A stretch of 64,000 nt of DNA from Nitrospirota bacterium (GCA_963663225.1 OY760142.1:1152001-1216000), one strand, 5' to 3'; positions 47,433 through 56,864 are shown, numbered from the stretch's first letter. Numbers and translations: made by a program. Notes: a model not told the origin generated them from the sequence alone.

Positions 47433-50400
47433 CTAAGCTCCTCCATCGCACCGCATGCAACGGCTTGCTTCCAGGATGGCGACCATCTTTTTATAGCCAA
47501 TCTCAACTTCCTTGAAGTTGTTCTTCCTGTCTGCAACATGCAGTTCGGGCATCTTCGCCTGGGGGGTCTCTTCGGATTCTTCATCAATGACGAACGGAAT
47601 GTCGATCTTTTCCTCCGCCGGCTCCACATATGCCGGTTCACCATTGATTTTCCTGATGTGGCTGTCCATATCGGATGCCGCCTGATGGCCCGCAGCAATG
47701 GCTCCGATAACGGTGTCAGGACCGGTGACCATGTCGCCACCCGTAAAGTATTTCGAATTTGTCGTCTGAGACTTGCATCCTGCGGCCAAACTGCAGGTCG
47801 ACCACTTGCTGACGCTGATTCCGCTGTCCTTCGGAATAAAGGACAGATCCGGCATCTGACCGATGGCCGAGACAATGGTGTCCACGCTTAAGGTGAATTC
47901 TGACCCCGCAATAGCGGTCGGTCTCTTTCTTCCGCTTCTGTCGAAGTCGCTCAGTTTCATGCGTTCACAGACAATACCGTTGACAGCGCCACCCTGCTCA
48001 ACGATCTTGAGCGGGGCAACCAGGTATTCAATCTTAATGCCTTCTTCCTCCGCTGCATGGATTTCCTCCTCAGCAGCCGGCATGTCCTTCCTCTCGCGGC
48101 GGTACAGGATGGTAACATCCGCGCCGAGACGCTTCGCAACGCGGGCGGCATCAATGGCGGAATTTCCGCCGCCGACTACGGCAACCCGGGTACCGAGCTG
48201 TTTTTTGCCCGTCAACCAGGCCTCTTCATTCGTGCAAAAGTCTCTCAAGAATTCCACGCTGCCGAAAACGCCTTTCAGGTTCTCGCCCGGAATGCCCATG
48301 GGCTGGCTCTTGTGCGCGCCGGCAGCCAGATATACATAGTCGAAGTCTTTGTTTACCTGTTCGAAGGAAATTTCTCTGCCTACGCGGGTGTTGCATTTAA
48401 TATCGACGCCCAGCGCCTTTACGTTGTCGTTGATTTCTGCGGCAAGTATGTTTCGGGGAAGCCGGTACGAAGGGATAGCCCAGCGAAGCATACCGCCTGC
48501 TTCCGGCAGTTCTTCGAATATGGTCACTTTGTACCCGCGGAGAGCCAAATCACGCGCAGCAGTAAGGCCGGCGGGGCCCGCTCCGATAACAGCGATTTTT
48601 TCTTTTCTCGTTACGGCAACCGGTGCTGTCTGGGGCCGCGGCGCATTGTCGGTGATGAACCTCTTGAGGAACTTGATGGCAAGCGGCTCATCAAGATTGG
48701 ACCGGCGGCACTTTGACTGGCACTTATGATCGCAAACGCGGCCGCAAACCGAGGGAAGCGGATTTGTTTTGATCATGACCTTATACGCATCGCTGAAGCG
48801 CTCTGCGCGGATAAGTGCAATATATGCCGGAATGTCCATTTCAACCGGGCACGTATGCTGGCACGGCGATTTGAAGAGCGGCGAGCAGACAACGGCTTTG
48901 CACCTTTTGTCCCGGATATGCGCTTCGTATTCATCTCTGAAATACCGGATCGTGCTCAGAACCGGATTCGGGGCGGTCTGGCCAAGACCGCACAGAGACG
49001 AACTTTTGATAACAGCGGCCATTTCCTCGAGAAGCTCTATATCGCCTTCCCTGCCCTTGCCCTGCGTGATGTTCGTCAGGATTTCAAGCATTCTCTTGGT
49101 TCCTTCACGGCAGGGAGTGCACTTTCCGCACGACTCCTCCTGACAGAAGTCCATAAAGAACCGGGCAATATCCACAGCGCACTTGTCTTCGTTCAGTACG
49201 ATCAGCCCGCCGGAACCCATAATGGCTCCCAGTTCCATTACTCGCTCAAAGTCAACCGGCGTATTAAGATATTCAATCGGAATCATGCCGCCGGAGGGGC
49301 CGCCCAGTTGTGCGGCCTTAAATTTTTTCCCGTTGGGAATGCCACCGCCGATATCGTAGACAATCTGGCCGAGCGTTGTTCCCATCGGTACTTCGACAAG
49401 GCCGACGTTGTTCACGTCTCCGGTGAGGGCGAATACCTTGGTTCCCTTGCTCTTCTCTGTTCCGATAGCATTATACCAGGAGGCCCCCTTGAGAATGATC
49501 TGGCCCACACTGGCAAACGTCTCAACATTGTTCAAGACAGACGGCTTGCCCCACAGTCCCGAAACGGCCGGGAAAGGCGGACGCGGACGCGGCATACCGC
49601 GCTTGCCTTCAATGGATGTCATCAGGGCAGTCTCTTCACCGCAGACGAACGCTCCGGCGCCCTGGTAAATTTCTATCTCAAGATCAAATCCCGTGCCCAG
49701 AATGTTCTTTCCCAAAAGTCCATACTCTTTTGCCTGGTTGAGAGCAACCTGCATCCGGTGGATGGCAAGAGGATACTCTGCACGGCAGTAGATATATCCC
49801 TGGTGGGCGCCGATTGCCTTGGCCGCAATAACCATGCCTTCAATGACGGCATGGGGATCGCCTTCGAGCACGCTTCGGTCCATAAACGCACCGGGATCGC
49901 CTTCGTCGGCGTTGCAAAGAATATATTTTACATCCCCGGGGGTCTGCGCACAGAACTTCCACTTAAGGCCGGTGGGAAAACCGCCGCCGCCTCTGCCGCG
50001 CAGGCCCGAATCGAGAACTTCTTTTACAATCTGCTCCGGCGTCATTTCCGTCAGGGCCTTCGCCATTCCGGCGTATGCGTCCCTGGCAATGGCTTCGTCA
50101 ATGTTTTCCGGATCAATTTTGCCTCTGTTTTTCAGCACAATCAGCTTCTGGAGGGCAAAAAACGGAATTTCTTCCATTGTGGGGATGCGCTTTTCCGTCA
50201 CCGGTTCTTTATAGAGAAGCCGCTCCAGCACCCGTCCCTTTACCAGATGCTCTTCAACCAGCTCCGGCACGTCTTCCGGTTTTATCATCATGTAAATAAC
50301 ACCTTCCGGATAGACCACCATGATCGGCCCCTGGGCGCAAAAACCATTGCACCCGGTTTCTACAATCTTTACCTGGTCTGAAAAACCGCGTTTATCAATC

Positions 50401-50492
50401 TCTTCCTGCAATACCTGCTTTGTTTTGATGGACCCGGATGCATGGCAACCGGTTCCTCCACAGATTAAAAAGTGCGAACGAAATGCTTTCAT
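47433..50492 (-). CDS. HydB/NuoF-like diaphorase fused to GltD/NfnB-like FAD-NAD(P)H oxidoreductase
   Basis: GLRGRGGGGFP, NADEGDPGAFMDR, GEETAL, ESCGKC..C; then CGRVC, GAGPAG, GGGNSA.D, YRR. Confidence 0.9.
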   Translation of the reverse strand: MKAFRSHFLICGGTGCHASGSIKTKQVLQEEIDKRGFSDQVKIVETGCNGFCAQGPIMVVYPEGVIYMMIKPEDVPELVEEHLVKGRVLERLLYKEPVTEKRIPTMEEIPFFALQKLIVLKNRGKIDPENIDEAIARDAYAGMAKALTEMTPEQIVKEVLDSGLRGRGGGGFPTGLKWKFCAQTPGDVKYILCNADEGDPGAFMDRSVLEGDPHAVIEGMVIAAKAIGAHQGYIYCRAEYPLAIHRMQVALNQAKEYGLLGKNILGTGFDLEIEIYQGAGAFVCGEETALMTSIEGKRGMPRPRPPFPAVSGLWGKPSVLNNVETFASVGQIILKGASWYNAIGTEKSKGTKVFALTGDVNNVGLVEVPMGTTLGQIVYDIGGGIPNGKKFKAAQLGGPSGGMIPIEYLNTPVDFERVMELGAIMGSGGLIVLNEDKCAVDIARFFMDFCQEESCGKCTPCREGTKRMLEILTNITQGKGREGDIELLEEMAAVIKSSSLCGLGQTAPNPVLSTIRYFRDEYEAHIRDKRCKAVVCSPLFKSPCQHTCPVEMDIPAYIALIRAERFSDAYKVMIKTNPLPSVCGRVCDHKCQSKCRRSNLDEPLAIKFLKRFITDNAPRPQTAPVAVTRKEKIAVIGAGPAGLTAARDLALRGYKVTIFEELPEAGGMLRWAIPSYRLPRNILAAEINDNVKALGVDIKCNTRVGREISFEQVNKDFDYVYLAAGAHKSQPMGIPGENLKGVFGSVEFLRDFCTNEEAWLTGKKQLGTRVAVVGGGNSAIDAARVAKRLGADVTILYRRERKDMPAAEEEIHAAEEEGIKIEYLVAPLKIVEQGGAVNGIVCERMKLSDFDRSGRKRPTAIAGSEFTLSVDTIVSAIGQMPDLSFIPKDSGISVSKWSTCSLAAGCKSQTTNSKYFTGGDMVTGPDTVIGAIAAGHQAASDMDSHIRKINGEPAYVEPAEEKIDIPFVIDEESEETPQAKMPELHVADRKNNFKEVEIGYKKMVAILEASRCMRCDGGA

Positions 50493-50576
50493 GTGAATAC
50501 CTTCCTCCTTCACGTAATTACCTTTGGATTCTGCAAGAGAGCACGCTCCGCACCCTTGCCGATAATCGCCATGGTC

Positions 50577-50945
50577 CTAGCCCCGTGCAATGGCAAACGT
50601 GGACTGCACCTCTCCCTGAAGAACATGCCGTTTGAACACCTGGCGCATCTTGTTTGCGTCCATATGTCCGTAGACAATCGGCTCTTTTCCGAGAATCTCC
50701 ACCGTAACCATAGGCTCTCTGCTGCACATTCCAGCGCAACCGGATGTCGTCACCATCACATCCGTCGTCTTTGCTTCCGCAATTTCGCTCATCAATGAAT
50801 CCATTACTGCGCGCGCACCTGCGGAAATACCACACGTCCCCATATGCACGGTAACCTTTGCTCTCTGGCCGCCTTCCCGGAGCGCGGTTTCTGTGAGGAC
50901 TCTTTCCTTGATTTTTTTCAAGTCTGCTATTGAAATTTTCGGCAT
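50577..50945 (-). CDS. Thioredoxin-like [2Fe-2S] subunit (HndB/HydD-like)
   Basis: VHMGTCGISAGA, SGCAGMCSREP. Confidence 0.88.
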   Translation of the reverse strand: MPKISIADLKKIKERVLTETALREGGQRAKVTVHMGTCGISAGARAVMDSLMSEIAEAKTTDVMVTTSGCAGMCSREPMVTVEILGKEPIVYGHMDANKMRQVFKRHVLQGEVQSTFAIARG

Positions 50946-50968
50946 GGCAGTTCCCCTTATTTTTGCGG

Positions 50969-51475
50969 TTAATTATACTTGTTCAGCACTTCTTTAACTT
51001 TTGCTGGTTTCAAGCGTCCGTGAACATTGTCATTAACAAAAATCACCGGCCCCAACCCGCAGGCGCCGATGCAACGAACCGTCTCCAACGTAAAACGCCT
51101 GTCTTCGGTCGTCTCACCCTCTTCTACCTTCAGTTCCTGCTTCAGGTTCTCATACAGGGCCTTGCCACCGCGGACGTAGCAGGCCGTGCCCAGACATACC
51201 CGCACGGTATACTTGCCGCGCGGGCTCATGGTAAAGAACGAATAAAACGTCACCACGCCGTACACCTGGCTCAGGGGGAGATTAAGACCGTTTGCAATTA
51301 TTTTCAGAATAGGCATCGGCAGAAATTCCAGAACCATCTGTGTTTCTTCTAAAACGGGTATCAATGCGCCTGGCTTGTTTTTATACTTTGCTATGATTTC
51401 ATCAACCTTTTTCAGCTGTGCGGGTGTAAATTCCTTCGATATATCAATATCAACATTCTTTACTTTGGCCTTCAT
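50969..51475 (-). CDS. NuoE-like [2Fe-2S] subunit (HydC/HndA-like)
   Basis: VVTFYSFF, CLGTAC, CIGACGLGP. Confidence 0.92.
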   Translation of the reverse strand: MKAKVKNVDIDISKEFTPAQLKKVDEIIAKYKNKPGALIPVLEETQMVLEFLPMPILKIIANGLNLPLSQVYGVVTFYSFFTMSPRGKYTVRVCLGTACYVRGGKALYENLKQELKVEEGETTEDRRFTLETVRCIGACGLGPVIFVNDNVHGRLKPAKVKEVLNKYN

Positions 51476-51512
51476 GTACCATTTCCTCCTTAAAAGAATA
51501 CCGATTCATGTT

Positions 51513-52061
51513 TCATGCTTCGGCTTCTATTTCCTTCAGGCCCGCTTGTATATGCGCCTTGATGAAGTGCAAAACCTCTGCATGATTAATAGGGACGTTT
51601 TCAATTTCTTTTTTGATGACTCTCGTGTCTAAAAGATACTCCCGGTCATTGTGCTGATGCCGGTAAATAAATTCAACAGTGCTGTTTCCCGCTATCAGCG
51701 AGACCAGGGTGCTTGCTATATCACCAAGCGGTTGACGGTCAAGATGACTCAGTTTAAATTCTGCAGCTACCCGTGTTCCTCTGCCCTTTTGTGACTCGAG
51801 AACGACTCTTCCGCTCGCTTTTTCCGCTGCCTGTAAAAACATCGGAAGCCCAAGCCCGACATGGCGGACTGTTTTGGTTGTGAAAAACGGGTCCGTGGCT
51901 TTTTTAAGAACTGCCTCTGTCATGCCAGAGCCGTCATCTTGTATTTCCAGGGACAATGTATCTCTTGAGGTGTCTTCTCTCAAGGTTATAAAAACTGTTT
52001 TGGCACCGGCCCGGGTGGAGTTTTCCGCAATGTCCAAAATATGCAGGGAAAGCTCAAGCAC
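51513..52061 (-). CDS. GHKL (HATPase_c) ATPase of hydrogenase operons
   Basis: ELSLHILDIAENS, DDGSGM, DPFFTT, GLGL, HLDRQPLGD. Confidence 0.88.
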   Translation of the reverse strand: MLELSLHILDIAENSTRAGAKTVFITLREDTSRDTLSLEIQDDGSGMTEAVLKKATDPFFTTKTVRHVGLGLPMFLQAAEKASGRVVLESQKGRGTRVAAEFKLSHLDRQPLGDIASTLVSLIAGNSTVEFIYRHQHNDREYLLDTRVIKKEIENVPINHAEVLHFIKAHIQAGLKEIEAEA

Positions 52062-52064
52062 GGA

Positions 52065-52802
52065 TCACTCCTGGACGTATCGTCCGCCTTGGCGCTTAAA
52101 AGCCATCCTTACTTCTTCAAATGTTCCTTGCTCGAGAAACATGGTTGTTATGCCTTGGCCGATGTCCTGAATAAAATGTGCGTCTGAAGACTCAATAAAA
52201 GGAAACCGGCTGAGTTCTGGGTATTGTTGTCGGGCGTCTCTTAGCCCTGTCTGGTGTGTTATTTCAAGTGCATCCAAGGGCATGTCCGGATCTACGAAAC
52301 CAAGCTGGCTGATGACACTAAAAGTTTCCCGATCGATATGTGAGGCGATTGCAAGCCCGTCCAAGCGGTGAATATGATTAATAATTTCAAGCAGCGACAA
52401 TGTAGTCGCCCCGAGAAGAAATTTGTCATTAAAGCCTTCGACCTCGTCAGCCTCGTTGACGATGGCCTGGCAGCCGAATACCTCCTCTCGATTCGTACCG
52501 GAAAGATTACCATAGACAATGTCCTGGATGTTCTTCAGGCGGTTTACGGTATCAAAAAGAGCCAGCAAGTGTACTTCTTCTCTGCTGGTTATTTCCATCC
52601 CAGGAAGCACGATCAGGGGTTTTCCTGAAGCGGACTTTAATACATATGGGACATTCTCTGAAGCATTATGATCGCAAACGGCGATAATATCCAGCCTTTC
52701 AGCCAAGGCTTTAGCAACCACCGCGCGGGGGTACATATCCAATTCTGCGCAGGGTGAAAGGCATGTGTGTATATGAAAATCGCAACGGAAAGCCCTGAGC
52801 AT
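52065..52802 (-). CDS. PHP-domain phosphoesterase
   Basis: DFHIHTCLSPC, CDHN, GMEI, SHIDR, SSDAH. Confidence 0.9.
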   Translation of the reverse strand: MLRAFRCDFHIHTCLSPCAELDMYPRAVVAKALAERLDIIAVCDHNASENVPYVLKSASGKPLIVLPGMEITSREEVHLLALFDTVNRLKNIQDIVYGNLSGTNREEVFGCQAIVNEADEVEGFNDKFLLGATTLSLLEIINHIHRLDGLAIASHIDRETFSVISQLGFVDPDMPLDALEITHQTGLRDARQQYPELSRFPFIESSDAHFIQDIGQGITTMFLEQGTFEEVRMAFKRQGGRYVQE

Positions 52803-52869
52803 ATTTATTTATGTCCGTGCGAAGAAATACGGAAAATGCTTTCTTCCGTTTACGCCATACTTGATGTTC

Positions 52870-53214
52870 TTAGGTACCACTTTTCTTCATCAAGTCGTAT
52901 ATTCTGCCGGTGATCTCAAACGCGGAGAGATCAGATATCATAATTGGAATATCTTCTTGTCTTCCCTTCTCAAGGGTATCCTTTGCCGGCTCACAACCCT
53001 GCACAAGAATAATACCAGCATGGTCTTTCAGGCTGGCAACTGCAACAATATTTTGGTGAACCTGTCTGGTAATCCAGATGTCTCCCTCACGGCTGTTTGC
53101 CATTACATCACTCAGCAAATCGCCGGTATATCCGCCCAGCACCTTTGTTTGCATCTTGTCTTCACCGGACACTATTCTAAGTCCCAAGGTCTTGACGATA
53201 GACTGCAATTCCAC
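52870..53214 (-). CDS. DRTGG-domain protein
   Basis: GYTGDLLSDVMA, WITRQ.H.N.VAVA. Confidence 0.85.
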   Translation of the reverse strand: MELQSIVKTLGLRIVSGEDKMQTKVLGGYTGDLLSDVMANSREGDIWITRQVHQNIVAVASLKDHAGIILVQGCEPAKDTLEKGRQEDIPIMISDLSAFEITGRIYDLMKKSGT

Positions 53215-53316
53215 GTCTTTAGGCTCCTTTGTGGGAAGACAAAATAACGAGAAACCTGATTTCCGCTCAGCAGCTCGGTGCTGCCGGAGACAGCTTATCA
53301 GCTGCCCGCCTTTCTC

Positions 53317-53637
53317 TTACAGCAGCCCCGGCGGAAGACCCATGCCTGCTGTAAGATTCGCCATCTCTTCTTTCATAAGCTCCTGTGATTTACGAAGGGC
53401 TTCATTTACAGCGGCGACAACCAGGTCCTGGAGCATTTCTGTATCATTCGGATCAACCACCGAAGGGTCTATCTTAATTGAAATTATTTCCTGTCGCCCG
53501 TTGGCAACCACAGTAACCATCCCGCCGCCAGCCGACGTCTCAACGGTTTTACCCGCTGCCTCTTCCTGGATTTTTTTTACGCGCTCCTGCATCTGCTGAG
53601 CCTGTTTCATTAAGTTTCCAATAATATTTTTTGACAT
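53317..53637 (-). CDS. ybaB: YbaB/EbfC nucleoid-associated protein
   Basis: LMKQAQQMQ, AGGGMV.V, EMLQDLVVAAVNEA. Confidence 0.95.
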   Translation of the reverse strand: MSKNIIGNLMKQAQQMQERVKKIQEEAAGKTVETSAGGGMVTVVANGRQEIISIKIDPSVVDPNDTEMLQDLVVAAVNEALRKSQELMKEEMANLTAGMGLPPGLL

Positions 53638-53706
53638 TGTAAGCCGTTCTGCTATATTTTAGATTATTAGAATATTCTAAATCGTAACTATAGAACAAAT
53701 CGTGTT

Positions 53707-53735
53707 ATTATAAAACAAGTCCCTTTATTTTGCAA
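53707..53735 (-). promoter_or_regulatory. sigma70 promoter upstream of ybaB
   Basis: TTGCAA-17 bp-TATAAT. Confidence 0.65.
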
Positions 53736-53781
53736 GTTAATTTGCGTTTATAATGGTTACTACTTTTCATTTTGCTATGTG

Positions 53782-53797
53782 AGCAAGGATTGTGCCA
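53782..53797 (-). promoter_or_regulatory. sigma54 (-24/-12) promoter upstream of the ybaB-hydrogenase operon
   Basis: TGGCAC-AATCC-TTGCT, matches TGGCAC-N5-TTGCW. Confidence 0.75.
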
Positions 53798-54052
53798 GAC
53801 TTTTTTCAAAACCAATTCCTCTTGTATTACATACTATTTGTGTTATTATTCAGCTGCAAGCAATATAACAAAACTTATGATTCTCAATCACAAATATGGA
53901 TTTTGCTTGATTTTCATCACGATTGAAGCTGTATAACTAAGATTATGATCTATAATAGAGCTTATTAGAAATTGCGGTTTGGCTGGATAATAGAGGGTGA
54001 GGCGATCACGGTGAGAAAGAAATCATTGTCCGGAGCAGGATTTGGCCGCGTT

Positions 54053-55684
54053 TTACAGGTCCGGTTCATCCGATTGGCTCTGCTCAACTACTTTTCCTTG
54101 CGTAAACACCTGCAATACATCCTGCACAGCTGAATCGAGAACCTCTTTTTTTGCGGTGGTTTTCGTCTTTATTTCAGGATTCGCACTGGGGGTGACCGCT
54201 TGGTTTATGACTTGAATTTTTTTATTAAGAACTTCTTCCGCTACCTGCTCAATATAGCGCCGGTTCTCAGGTTTCTCTGCTTGATCGAGTTGGAAGCTTC
54301 CGGGAATACCGATCACTAATTTCGTATCGGAAATTTCAACCAGTTTGCTCTGTGCAAGAAGCGAAGCAAGATTTGGTTTCTTTTCTTTTATAATACGAAC
54401 AATTTTATTCCATACATCGTCTTGTGCAGAAGCAGTTTCTGCAGATGGCTCAGGAGAGGTGTTCTGATTTTTTTGAAAAGTCGTGTGGGGTTTTTGCCCA
54501 TAGCTGTGGTTTGGCATAGTTGCCGGACGGTCGCAAGCAGCAATATGCATTTCCAGCTCTTTTATGTGCGCAAGCACTTCTGCGAGCGGTTTGAGTTGCG
54601 TGAGATTGCACGCCTTGACGAGGCCGATTTCTAGCGTAAACCGCTGATGCGGCGACCAGCGCATATCCTCAAGTGTTTTGGAAAGGCTGTCAAAAAGCAC
54701 CAGCAGACGGTCTGTTTCTACGCCTGCTCCCTGTTGTTTTATTGCTTCAATATCCACAGATGGAAGCTCAACAATCCGGCCGGGCTCTTTCGCAATCTTT
54801 ACCACCAATATATTCCGAAGATGCTCAACCAGCCCCGACAGAAGTAAACGCAGGTCCTGGCCTTGTTCCAATAACTCATCCACCAGCTTTAAAAGTCCGG
54901 CCGCATCCTGCCTAAAAAGCCCGGCCGTAATTTTTTGGAGGGTTATCTGGGCAATGGAGCCGAGCGTGGTCTGAATATCCGCATCCTGTATTTCCAGGCC
55001 GCTGAAAGACACCGTCTGGTCCAAAAGGCTCTGCGCATCACGCATGCTTCCTTCGGCAGCCCGTGCGATCAGAGAGAGCCCCTGGTCGCTTATCGTAATA
55101 TGTTCGGCATCTGCGACCTGACGGAGCCTGCCAATAAGTTCGTTTAAGGATATCCGCTTGAAGCTATACCGTTGGCAGCGTGAATGTATCGTAGCAGGTA
55201 TCTTCTGGGGCTCGGTTGTAGCAAAGATGAAAATTACGTGCGGTGGCGGTTCTTCAAGCGTCTTGAGTAACGCATTGAATGCTTCATTCGTAAGCATATG
55301 CACTTCGTCGATCACATATACTTTGTATCTGCCGCCCACCGGTGCATACTTCACGGCCTCACGCAGCTCTCTAATGTGTTCAATACCGCGATTTGAAGCA
55401 CCGTCTATCTCTATTACGTCAACGGAATTGCCGGCCGTGGTCTCAAGGCAGGAGTCGCACTTTCCGCACGGAATCGGCGTCGGTCCTTCTGCACAGTTGA
55501 GTGCTTTTGCAAGGATCCGCGCCGTAGTGGTCTTCCCCACTCCCCGAGGGCCTGAAAAAAGAAATGCGTGAGCCAATCGTTTTGAGGCAATTGCATTCTG
55601 GAGTGTGCGGGTAATATGTTCCTGACCTACTACGTCGTCAAATTTCTGTGGCCGCCATTTTCGTGCGAGAACTTGGTAACTCAT
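54053..55684 (-). CDS. dnaX: DNA polymerase III subunit gamma/tau
   Basis: LARKWRPQ, GPRGVGKTT, DEVHML, SRC. Confidence 0.97.
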   Translation of the reverse strand: MSYQVLARKWRPQKFDDVVGQEHITRTLQNAIASKRLAHAFLFSGPRGVGKTTTARILAKALNCAEGPTPIPCGKCDSCLETTAGNSVDVIEIDGASNRGIEHIRELREAVKYAPVGGRYKVYVIDEVHMLTNEAFNALLKTLEEPPPHVIFIFATTEPQKIPATIHSRCQRYSFKRISLNELIGRLRQVADAEHITISDQGLSLIARAAEGSMRDAQSLLDQTVSFSGLEIQDADIQTTLGSIAQITLQKITAGLFRQDAAGLLKLVDELLEQGQDLRLLLSGLVEHLRNILVVKIAKEPGRIVELPSVDIEAIKQQGAGVETDRLLVLFDSLSKTLEDMRWSPHQRFTLEIGLVKACNLTQLKPLAEVLAHIKELEMHIAACDRPATMPNHSYGQKPHTTFQKNQNTSPEPSAETASAQDDVWNKIVRIIKEKKPNLASLLAQSKLVEISDTKLVIGIPGSFQLDQAEKPENRRYIEQVAEEVLNKKIQVINQAVTPSANPEIKTKTTAKKEVLDSAVQDVLQVFTQGKVVEQSQSDEPDL

Positions 55685-55867
55685 GTACCCCTCAATAGTG
55701 TGTCTGTTTAAAAATAGCTGTCGAAAATGAGCGCGGAACAACTATGTTCATGGGACGCAGGCAGAGGTTCCATCAGACGGGTAGCGAGAAGAAATTTATT
55801 GCATAGTCTTCTTCTGCGTCCAGAGGTTTTTGGTCCACGGGAAGTAGCAGAATACAAAAGCTCATAA

Positions 55868-55964
55868 ACCCGGGCTTCCCTGCGGCGCACTTGGAACCCG
55901 TTTACCGCTGCTTCCTTCCGGACCTGACGGGATTCACGGGACCATGGTCGCGCAGGACCCGGGC
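55868..55964 (-). ncRNA. ffs: Signal recognition particle RNA (small, 4.5S type)
   Basis: TCAGGTCCGGAAGGAAGCAGC domain IV in a long hairpin upstream of dnaX. Confidence 0.93.
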
Positions 55965-56061
55965 TCATGAGCGCTCTTAAAGCAATTCAAAAACCGGCAT
56001 CGGAAAGAGCCGCACCAGAGAGCACGTACGTGCTGATCTTCGATTCCGTATAAAAAATATA

Positions 56062-56149
56062 TGGCGGAGAGGGTGGGATTTGAACCCACGTTAGGTTTCC
56101 CTAAACACGCTTTCCAAGCGTGCGCCTTCAGCCGCTCGGCCACCTCTCC
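56062..56149 (-). tRNA. tRNA-Ser(GGA)
   Basis: CACGC-TTGGAAA-GCGTG arm, long variable arm, GCCA end. Confidence 0.95.
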
Positions 56150-56196
56150 GTACAACTCACTGCTTATGCGGTACTTCTCGTTATGATGCTCTATTT

Positions 56197-56287
56197 TGGC
56201 GGAGAGGGAGGGATTTGAACCCCCGGTGGAGTTACCCCCACAACAGATTTCGAGTCTGCCGCCTTCAGCCAGCTCGGCCACCTCTCC
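56197..56287 (-). tRNA. tRNA-Ser(CGA)
   Basis: GCAGA-CTCGAAA-TCTGT arm, long variable arm, GCCA end. Confidence 0.95.
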
Positions 56288-56302
56288 ATGCGTTTTGGCT
56301 TG

Positions 56303-56779
56303 TCAAACACTCAGCAGTTTTGGTTTTTCCCTTAACGACTTGAAAAACTGCTGAAGCACATCCCGGCATTCTTCTTCTAAAACGCCTGCGGTTATACTAT
56401 ATGTGTGATTCAGCATGCCGTCGCGGCCAACATCATAGACCGACCCGAGGGCACCCGCTTTTTCATCACGGCACCCGTAGACGACCCTGCTGATCCGCGC
56501 GAGCACCATGGCGCCCGCACACATAAGACACGGCTCCAGCGTCACATAAAGCGTGGCATCGGAAAGCCGCCATTTGCCGAGCCGAGCCGATGCTTCGCGG
56601 AGTGCGATGAGTTCCGCGTGTGCCGTCGGATCCTGCCAGGCTTCTCGCATATTGTGGGCAGCGGCAACAACCTGTCCGTTGACGACCACCGCTGCACCAA
56701 TGGGCATCTCAGCCGCTCGTGCCGCTTTCCGAGCCTCGGCCAATGCCAAACTCATAAATTCTTTATCGGTTCTGGGCAT
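56303..56779 (-). CDS. tadA: tRNA adenosine(34) deaminase
   Basis: DPTAHAE, TLEPCLMC, FFKSLR. Confidence 0.95.
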   Translation of the reverse strand: MPRTDKEFMSLALAEARKAARAAEMPIGAAVVVNGQVVAAAHNMREAWQDPTAHAELIALREASARLGKWRLSDATLYVTLEPCLMCAGAMVLARISRVVYGCRDEKAGALGSVYDVGRDGMLNHTYSITAGVLEEECRDVLQQFFKSLREKPKLLSV

Positions 56780-56787
56780 TGTAAAAA

Positions 56788-56864
56788 TGGCGCGCCCAAG
56801 AGGATTCGAACCTCTGACCTACGGATTCGTAGTCCGTTGCTCTATCCAACTGAGCTATGGGCGC
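56788..56864 (-). tRNA. tRNA-Arg(ACG)
   Basis: ACGGA-CTACGAA-TCCGT arm, GCCA end, 77 nt. Confidence 0.96.

Noticed and set aside
48726-50381. 551-aa plus-strand ORF (and many other long antisense ORFs, e.g. 21620-22501, 46394-47167, 14683-15420)
   Set aside because: Shadows of well-supported genes on the opposite strand; no recognisable motifs
54468-54480. A7 run in dnaX as a gamma/tau frameshift site
   Set aside because: Not the A-AAA-AAG heptamer, shorter than known slippage runs, and no clear stimulatory hairpin
56062-56287. TTCAAAT T-loops in two tRNA-Ser genes
   Set aside because: Common natural variant, not evidence of pseudogenes
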